DNA of 38,204 nucleotides from the IMG/VR virus record IMGVR_UViG_3300045988_097215, positions 1 through 38,204 of that record; one strand, written 5' to 3'. The stretch comes from a virus. Below the pieces are notes generated by a model. That model saw only the letters and a list, made by a program, of their open reading frames with translations, ran no database searches and was not told where the DNA came from. The stretch's first letter is position 1. The number at the start of each line of letters is the position of its first letter. Of the stretch, positions 1-5,622 are shown in pieces. Position numbers and translations under genes: made by a program.

Positions 1-99
1 CACATCTAGGGCATGGATGCATAGCCATAGCCGCACCTCCTTATACTTGCCCACCGTCCTCACCCGCCGGCCATTATGTAGTCCGGCACAGAAAAAAGA
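1..99. repeat. Terminal overlap copy 1, identical to 38106-38204
   Basis: Read directly. The repeat spans the HNH start codon (position 28 here, 38133 in the other copy) and its AAGGAGG SD. Confidence 0.95.
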
Positions 100-120
100 C
101 CGGGGCTTTCGTCCCGATCT
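91..120 (-). terminator. Rho-independent terminator-like hairpin about 60 nt upstream of the HNH/terminase operon
   Basis: Minus-strand RNA reads AGAUCGGG-ACGAAAGC-CCCGGUCU (8-bp stem with one G-U, 8-nt loop). A U-run follows (plus-strand A-run 92-97). Confidence 0.55.
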
Positions 121-130
121 CTTACGCTAT

Positions 131-320
131 CATTATACTACGGAATAGTGTGCCATACTATGCCGTCCTGGGCCTATGGGACAAACGGCACGGACAACCC
201 ATTAAAATCCTATAAAACCCTTAGATAAGGCTATACACCTATACTACCCTATACTATACCGCCTTATCTGATACTTTAATAAAACCATTGTTCCAGTTGT
301 TCCACTTGTCCTTATACTAT
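131..320. repeat. ATACTA (minus strand TAGTAT) short-repeat family
   Basis: Exact ATACTA at 135, 155, 241, 251 and 314; variants at 43, 231 and 271. Three tandem 10-bp units (231-260) lie inside an 8-bp inverted repeat, AGATAAGG 223-230 / CCTTATCT 262-269. Confidence 0.7.
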
Positions 321-491
321 AAAAAACTTAGATATTTAGGGATTTTTTAATAGGGATAAATGGGACAAAGCCCGGACAAGTGGCACAACTTTGAAAGTTT
401 GTCCCGAAAATGCGCGTACCTGGGCGCGCCCTCACCCCGCAGGTAGGGACAAAAAAAGGGACAAGATCGCTCTTGTCCCGAAAGTTGTCCC
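176..491. repeat. GGGACAA/TTGTCCC iteron-like array in the non-coding hub
   Basis: Exact GGGACAA at 178, 362, 446 and 458. Exact TTGTCCC at 399, 473 and 485. Variants: CGGACAA at 191 and 373, GGCACAA at 382, TTGTTCC at 288 and 297, TTGTCCT at 306, AGGGAT at 338 and 352. Confidence 0.75.
451..479 (-). terminator. Rho-independent terminator ending the early/regulatory transcript after the HIRAN gene
   Basis: Minus strand reads GGGACAAG-AGCGAT-CTTGTCCC (8-bp stem, 6-nt loop) followed by seven U. It lies 14 nt past the HIRAN stop codon. Confidence 0.75.
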
Positions 492-492
492 G

Positions 493-1158
493 CTATTTTT
501 CCTCAATTCTGAGGTGCACCCAGAAGGGTGGATCAGCCTGCTCCATCTCGTAGACCTCGTCGCCGTCCTCGGTGTAGCCCGTGCAGCTGACGTACTTGTA
601 CGGCCCGCCGCCCATGCCGGGCCTTATCCGGCCTATACGGTCCTCTTGGATGAGCCGCAGGAGGTGGGCGCAGGATCCGGCCTTAATGTATCCGACGTGC
701 ACCCCATCCACTAGGACCCGGATCGCGTTCTGGTCGTGAGGGTTGTCCGGCTCAGGGACTAGCTCCGCGGTCCGGGGGTAAAAATTGTACTTCCAGACGC
801 GCTCCTCGACTAGTTCCTCCTCAATTAGCCGCTTTTTCCCATAGCTGTACTCCTTGTTTATCTCGGCCAGTTCCAGGAGGTTGTTCAGCCGGTAGCCGAT
901 ACCGGTCACCTTGTAGGTCCTGTATGGGTGCTGTGCGTCCGGGAGCTGCATTTTGCCCGGAAGCGGCTCCTCCGCCTTCGGTTCAACAGGGGCAGCCGGG
1001 GCCTCTACCGGGACGGCTGGCGGCTCTTGCGCGGCCAGTCTCTTTATGCCTAGTACAATGGCCCGGGGCAGGTCCCACACCAGCGCCCGGCAGGGCCACC
1101 ACCACCAGCCGATAAACGTCCACCACAAAAAACCATGCTTTCCCTTACTCATGCGCAC
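493..1158 (-). CDS. Membrane-anchored HIRAN-domain protein
   Basis: 221 aa with ATG behind a GGGAGG SD. N-terminal Trp-rich hydrophobic segment (FLWWTFIGWWWWP) and a Pro/Ala/Glu linker. HIRAN-like signature: KVTGIGYR...EPDNPHDQNAIRVLVDGVHVGYI. Confidence 0.75.
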   Translation of the reverse strand: MRMSKGKHGFLWWTFIGWWWWPCRALVWDLPRAIVLGIKRLAAQEPPAVPVEAPAAPVEPKAEEPLPGKMQLPDAQHPYRTYKVTGIGYRLNNLLELAEINKEYSYGKKRLIEEELVEERVWKYNFYPRTAELVPEPDNPHDQNAIRVLVDGVHVGYIKAGSCAHLLRLIQEDRIGRIRPGMGGGPYKYVSCTGYTEDGDEVYEMEQADPPFWVHLRIEEK

Positions 1159-1204
1159 CTCCCATTTTTTTTGGAATTATATCAAGTTTGCAATTAAAGA
1201 GCAA

Positions 1205-1324
1205 TTATTTATTGCACCTGCTACAGGCCAGCAGCTTATAAATTAAATCCAGCAGGTCTGCGTCCTTGCAGAGGTCCACCGCGTCCTTTATCATCTCTTT
1301 CAGGGCTTCCAGCATCTCGTCCAT
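1205..1324 (-). CDS. Small acidic protein of 39 aa, absent from the ORF track
   Basis: ATG at 1324 lies 5 nt after AAGGAGG, and TAA is at 1205-1207. Sequence: MDEMLEALKEMIKDAVDLCKDADLLDLIYKLLACSRCNK. It sits immediately upstream of the HIRAN gene. Confidence 0.55.
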   Translation of the reverse strand: MDEMLEALKEMIKDAVDLCKDADLLDLIYKLLACSRCNK

Positions 1325-1394
1325 GGGTACCTCCTTGGTGGATTATATATTTTTCTGGGTTATGGATTTTTCTGTATATTAGGTTTACAATTAG

Positions 1395-1423
1395 ATTGTA
1401 GTTACACATTCGGCTCTCCGCAA
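1395..1423 (-). promoter_or_regulatory. Candidate promoter for the 39-aa/HIRAN operon
   Basis: Minus strand reads TTGCGG (1418-1423), 17-nt spacer, TACAAT (1395-1400), within the AT-rich divergent intergenic region 1325-1499. Confidence 0.3.
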
Positions 1424-1499
1424 TACTCAAATCTGATTATTCCTGTCCCATTTACGATAAAAACGCACCATTCTTGCGAAAAACGGAGAAAAACTGAAA

Positions 1500-1883
1500 A
1501 TGCTACACAAAAAACTCTCTCGACTGAAAACGCAGGCGGGTATGTCCGCCCAGCAGATCGCAGAAAAGGGGCACGTCCCGGCCAGTACCGTGAGCCGTGT
1601 CCTATCCGGTCAGACGCCGGACCCTTCTTTCCTTACTGTCTCCTCTATGGTGCAAGCTCTCGGCGGCTCCCTTGATGAGCTGGCGGGCCTGCCGCCTCCA
1701 GCGCCACCAGAGGCGGGGGAGGGGTCCTATACGCTCCTGCTGGCGGAAAAAGATGCCCGCCTGGCGGACAAGGACCGCACGATCCGCTGGCTGGTCGTGG
1801 CCTGCTTTGTCCTGGGCCTTGTTGCCTTCGGGTACATAATCTGGGACGCCGCCCACCCAGGCGCCGGACTGATACAATATTAA
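1500..1883 (+). CDS. Membrane-anchored XRE-family HTH protein
   Basis: 127 aa. N-terminal HTH (SAQQIAEKGHVPASTVSRVLSG), Pro-rich linker and C-terminal TM helix (WLVVACFVLGLVAFGYIIW). It is one of only three plus-strand genes. Confidence 0.8.
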   Translation: MLHKKLSRLKTQAGMSAQQIAEKGHVPASTVSRVLSGQTPDPSFLTVSSMVQALGGSLDELAGLPPPAPPEAGEGSYTLLLAEKDARLADKDRTIRWLVVACFVLGLVAFGYIIWDAAHPGAGLIQY

Positions 1884-1889
1884 ACAGAC

Positions 1890-1922
1890 AAAAAAGCCGG
1901 GGAGAAATCCCCGGCTATTTTT
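1890..1922. terminator. Bidirectional rho-independent terminator between convergent genes
   Basis: AGCCGGGGA-GAAA-TCCCCGGCT (9-bp stem, GNRA loop) flanked by an A-run upstream and a T-run downstream. Confidence 0.85.
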
Positions 1923-2319
1923 ATGCCAGCTGGCGGAGGGCCTGAGCGTGCAGGCGGTGGACCTGCCTCCAGCTGTAGTTCATGGCCACGCATATCTCTT
2001 CCCACGTCATACCCTCGATATATCGGTGCCGGAGCATTTGCCGCAGCGTCGGGTCCAGAGTCTCGATAGCCTCCTCCACGGCCAGCTGTTCGGCGGCCAG
2101 CTCTTGCAGCTGGGTCCAGTATTTTTCCCGGAGCTGCATGGTGCTGTCCGCTGCCCGCTCCTGGGCGCTGCTGCCTTGGGCCGTGTGCGCTCTGGGCATA
2201 TCGGATATCTCGGGGGATTGCAGCCCGTAGACCCTGGCCTCCAGTTCGGCCAGCAGGCCCTTGGTCTGTTCAATCTCCTTTTTAATGTGGCGGTACTGTT
2301 TCAGCCGCTCCTTGGTCAT
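1921..2319 (-). CDS. Sigma-70 region-4-like transcriptional regulator (RinA/DUF1492-like putative late-gene activator)
   Basis: 132 aa. N-terminal coiled coil and C-terminal LRQMLRHRYIEGMTWEEICVAMNYSWRQVHRLHAQALRQL, a region-4 HTH pattern. AGGAGG SD. It sits at the end of the replication module. Confidence 0.7.
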   Translation of the reverse strand: MTKERLKQYRHIKKEIEQTKGLLAELEARVYGLQSPEISDMPRAHTAQGSSAQERAADSTMQLREKYWTQLQELAAEQLAVEEAIETLDPTLRQMLRHRYIEGMTWEEICVAMNYSWRQVHRLHAQALRQLA

Positions 2320-2606
2320 GCGCTTTCCTCCTCTGCCAGATAGTACTCAGCGCCGGCCCCTTCATACATACGGACCGGGACGCCGTTGATGTTTAGCGCG
2401 TTAGCTTTCAGCTGCTGGATCAGCTCGTCCGGGTCCTCTGCGGCTATCCAGAGGGTGGTCCATGCGCCCCTGGAGAGCATGACCGCGTCGGGCCCTTTGC
2501 CGTCGTGCCTGTCTCGGTATCGCATTACGGCCGCGCAGACCGTCTTAATCAGTGCCCAGGCGGCCGCAGCCGCTTCCGGGTCTCTATTTGCTGATATGAT
2601 ATACAT
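2316..2606 (-). CDS. Hypothetical protein
   Basis: 96 aa, GGAGGAG SD, ATGA overlap with the downstream gene. Confidence 0.7.
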   Translation of the reverse strand: MYIISANRDPEAAAAAWALIKTVCAAVMRYRDRHDGKGPDAVMLSRGAWTTLWIAAEDPDELIQQLKANALNINGVPVRMYEGAGAEYYLAEEESA

Positions 2607-2608
2607 CT

Positions 2609-3976
2609 TTATACTCCTCCCGTGATTTCCAGCCGCAGGGCCTCAATGGCCGCCGCCTGGCCCTTGTCTTTATTGGTCAGTGCTTTCAGCACCCTCTCGT
2701 CATGGGTCCCCTTTAAGATCAGATGATATATCCGGCAGACGTGCTGCTGCCCCGGCCGGTTTAGCCGCTCGTTGGCCTGCTGGTAGAGCTCCAGGGACCA
2801 GGTGAGGCCAAACCAGACGATTATGTGCCCGCCTTCCTGGAGGTTGAGCCCGTGGCCGATGCTGGCGGGATGGGCCAGGGCCACCGGTATCTCGCCCCGG
2901 TTCCAGGCGTCAATGTCCTCCGGGCGGTCCAGGGAGCGGCAGGGGATCCGTTGCCGGATCCTCTCCGCGTCGTGCTTGTAGGCGTATAGCACCAGCACAT
3001 TTTCCCCGCCGGCCTCCTCCAGCAGCTCCTCCAGGGCGTCCAGCTTGATGTCGTGGAGCGGGTGCACCCCGCCGCCCGCGTCATAGATAGCCCCGTTGGC
3101 AAATTGCAGGAGTTTGTTGGTCAGGGCCGCCTCCGTGCCGGCCACGATCTGTCCCTCAGCGTCCAGGCACTCCAGCACCTTGTCCCGCTCAAATTGCTTG
3201 TATTTTTTCAGCAGAGACGGGGGAGGGGGGAGCTCTATGTCCTCGTAAATTTGCCCGGGGAGCCGTAGCACGTCCTCCTTGCGGATGCTCATGCAGATAT
3301 CGCTCAGCCGGTCGTAGACCTCCGCCTCGGCGCCGTCCTTGGGTCGGTAGCTGTAGACTATATGGCCGTTCATTTTCTCGGGTACCAGGTACTTGGAGCG
3401 GAAGGCGGTCAGCGTGCGGCCCAGCCGCTCGCCCTGGTCCAGGAGATAGATTTCCGGCCATAAGTCCTCCAGGCCGTTGGGCCGGGGGGTGCCAGTTAGG
3501 CCGATAATCCGGCGGATCCGGCCGCGCACCCGGCGGAGAGCCTTCCACCGCTTGGCGCTGGCGGCCTTGAAGCTGCTCAGCTCGTCGATCACCACAATAC
3601 CAAAGGGCCAGCCCCCGGGCCATTTTTGCATAAGCTCCACCAGCCAGACAACGTTCTCCCGGTTTATGACGTAGACGTCCGCCGGAGCCATGAGCGCCGC
3701 GTACCGCTGTTTGACGGTGCCCATCACCCGGGAGACGCGGAGGTGGCGCAGGTGCTCCCACTTGTCCGCCTCTTTGCTCCAGGTGTTTTCCGCCACTCGC
3801 TTGGGGGCGATCACCAGGACAGGGCCGTCCTCCAGGTAGTCGTTGAGCAGCCGGTCGACGGCGGTCAGCGTGGTCACGGTCTTGCCCGTCCCCATCCCCC
3901 AGAACAGGGCGCCCGCCGGGTGGCCGGTTATCCAGTCAATCCCAGCCTGCTGGTGCGGGTACGGGGAGAATTTCAT
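2609..3976 (-). CDS. SNF2-family helicase
   Basis: Motif I GMGTGKT, motif II VVIDELS, motif III LTGTP, and C-terminal helicase motifs (AHPASIGHGLNLQ). Confidence 0.9.
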   Translation of the reverse strand: MKFSPYPHQQAGIDWITGHPAGALFWGMGTGKTVTTLTAVDRLLNDYLEDGPVLVIAPKRVAENTWSKEADKWEHLRHLRVSRVMGTVKQRYAALMAPADVYVINRENVVWLVELMQKWPGGWPFGIVVIDELSSFKAASAKRWKALRRVRGRIRRIIGLTGTPRPNGLEDLWPEIYLLDQGERLGRTLTAFRSKYLVPEKMNGHIVYSYRPKDGAEAEVYDRLSDICMSIRKEDVLRLPGQIYEDIELPPPPSLLKKYKQFERDKVLECLDAEGQIVAGTEAALTNKLLQFANGAIYDAGGGVHPLHDIKLDALEELLEEAGGENVLVLYAYKHDAERIRQRIPCRSLDRPEDIDAWNRGEIPVALAHPASIGHGLNLQEGGHIIVWFGLTWSLELYQQANERLNRPGQQHVCRIYHLILKGTHDERVLKALTNKDKGQAAAIEALRLEITGGV

Positions 3977-3980
3977 GGGA

Positions 3981-4352
3981 TCACCGCCTTTCTATCGTCT
4001 GGGTCTTTGCGTCCTTATAGTAGGTGTCCGGGCTGCCCTTGGGTCTCAGTTCTACAGCCGTAACGCTAAAATCGGCCAGTTGCGCTATTGTCGTGATAAC
4101 GTTCAGCAGCTGCCGGGCCCTTTTCAGGGTCTCCTTGTCTTTTGCCTCCGCGGCGTCCCGCGCCGCTATCTGCGCCAGGTCCTGCATGGCCGTGGGCCTG
4201 TCCAGCTTCCGGAGATCCTGCTCTCGGAGCGTCGTCTTGTACGGCTTGGCGGAGATTTTCCGCTCGGGCGGACGGTCCAAATTGTGGACGGCCGTGTTTT
4301 CGGTGGGGCAGATGTAGCCGCTCCCGTTGGTGTAGTCGCGTCTTACTGTCAT
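3981..4352 (-). CDS. Hypothetical protein
   Basis: 123 aa, AGGAGG SD, ATGA overlap with the upstream methyltransferase. Confidence 0.7.
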   Translation of the reverse strand: MTVRRDYTNGSGYICPTENTAVHNLDRPPERKISAKPYKTTLREQDLRKLDRPTAMQDLAQIAARDAAEAKDKETLKRARQLLNVITTIAQLADFSVTAVELRPKGSPDTYYKDAKTQTIERR

Positions 4353-5134
4353 GGTGTCGCCTCCTTGATGCGCTGTTTTGCGGTCTTGTAGTATCCGGGG
4401 TCTTGCTCGATGCCTATAAAATGGCGGCCGGTACGCTTGCAGGCCACTCCCGTGGACCCGCTGCCCATGCAGCTGTCCAGTACCGTCTCGCCCTCGTTGG
4501 TGTAGGTCTTGACAAGATACTCTAAAAGTGGTACAGGCTTCTGGGTTGGATGGTGGCCGCGTTCGGTGCCAAATTGCAGCACGTTTTTGGGCCAGTTTTT
4601 ATACTTCGGTCGGTACTCCTCCAGCAGGGTGCTCATCTTATAGACGCTTTCCCCCTGCGGTGCCCGCTTGCGTCGGACCTTAGCGCCCACGATCTCCTGG
4701 AGGCCTTGGGGGTTATAGGTCCCGTGCTGGCGGTAAAATACGCATATATCCTCGACGCGCCTCATGGGCTGGTATCGTGCGTAGGTAAAGCCGGTTGGCT
4801 GGTTTTTCAGCCAATACCAGCAGTACCGGAAGGCTTTCGGGTTGCTGCCGATCAGCTGCGTAGTAAACGGCTGGGCGGCGAAAAGCACCGCGGCACCGTC
4901 GGGTTTCAGGACCCGGTTGTACTCCGCCCAAAGCTCGGGGAGCGGGAGCACGGTATCCCATGCGCAGTCCGTCGTGCCATACGGCGGGTCGCAGAGTATC
5001 AAGTCGACCGATCCGGCCGGAATGTCTTTCATCAGTTTCATGCAGTCACCTTGTAGTAGTTGCAGTGGTATCAGTCCTTTAGGATATTTCCCCTTTGTCC
5101 GTATAGGCTTTATCCTTGGTCCAGGATCGTCCAC
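4349..5134 (-). CDS. DNA methyltransferase, N6A/N4C type, beta-class motif order
   Basis: ILCDPPYG (motif IV) precedes DSCMGSGSTG (motif I). The start is uncertain: GTG at 5134 overlaps the VRR-NUC 3' end, while ATG at 5041 would remove the conserved LQGDC box. Confidence 0.85.
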   Translation of the reverse strand: MDDPGPRIKPIRTKGKYPKGLIPLQLLQGDCMKLMKDIPAGSVDLILCDPPYGTTDCAWDTVLPLPELWAEYNRVLKPDGAAVLFAAQPFTTQLIGSNPKAFRYCWYWLKNQPTGFTYARYQPMRRVEDICVFYRQHGTYNPQGLQEIVGAKVRRKRAPQGESVYKMSTLLEEYRPKYKNWPKNVLQFGTERGHHPTQKPVPLLEYLVKTYTNEGETVLDSCMGSGSTGVACKRTGRHFIGIEQDPGYYKTAKQRIKEATP

Positions 5135-5400
5135 ATGAGGGCCAGGTCGCTCTCATCCTTTACCCGGTAGTAGCAGCAGCCCAGGCCGTTGAGCACGTCG
5201 CGCCAGTAGTCCTGGAGCGGTGAGTACCTGCCGCCTTTCGGCCTTTTAACCTCCACAAAGGCTACCCGCCCCCCGGGGAGGATGAGCAGCCGGTCTGGGA
5301 CCCCGGCCCAGCCGGGGCACACCCATTTAAGGCAGCGCCCGCCTCGGGCCTCTGCGGTCGTCCGCAGCTTGCGCTCAATTTCGCGCTCTAGGGGCGTCAT
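5110..5400 (-). CDS. VRR-NUC domain nuclease
   Basis: 96 aa. GVPDRLLILPGGRVAFVEVKRP is a PD-(D/E)XK-type D...EVK pattern. AGGAGG SD. Confidence 0.8.
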   Translation of the reverse strand: MTPLEREIERKLRTTAEARGGRCLKWVCPGWAGVPDRLLILPGGRVAFVEVKRPKGGRYSPLQDYWRDVLNGLGCCYYRVKDESDLALMWTILDQG

Positions 5401-5621
5401 AGCACCGCGCCTCCTTTTTGCAGCAGCTGGATATACCTGTTAAGGTACCAGGCCGCTTTCTCCAGATCCTCCACTGTCCGGGAGGGGTCCTTTTTCCCGG
5501 CTCGGGCCACATACTTGACAACGTTGCCCAGGTGGTAGGGCAGCCGCTGGTCCTCGATAAAATCAATCACTTCAATGCGCCCGCTGGTGTAGTGCGCGGG
5601 GTGGTTTACTGCGTCGTCCAT
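5397..5621 (-). CDS. DUF3310-family protein
   Basis: 74 aa. HPAHYTSGRIEVIDFI...GNVVKYVARAGKK...EDLEKAAWYL matches the DUF3310 pattern. Confidence 0.75.
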   Translation of the reverse strand: MDDAVNHPAHYTSGRIEVIDFIEDQRLPYHLGNVVKYVARAGKKDPSRTVEDLEKAAWYLNRYIQLLQKGGAVL

Positions 5622-5622
5622 G

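Noticed and set aside
1-99. Terminal repeat interpreted as LTR/att duplication or a transposon end
   Set aside because: The copies are direct, exact and sit at the very window edges. The repeat crosses a gene start, and no host flanks are present. Circular closure is the simpler reading.
391-714. 107-aa plus-strand ORF, plus the ORFs at 924-1115 and 953-1246
   Set aside because: They start in or cross the non-coding hub and terminator, and lie antisense to the HIRAN gene. No SD is present.
1236-1430. 64-aa minus-strand ORF in the track
   Set aside because: It has a non-ATG start and no SD, and it runs through the AT-rich promoter region. A 39-aa ORF in another frame, with AAGGAGG, explains the coding potential better.
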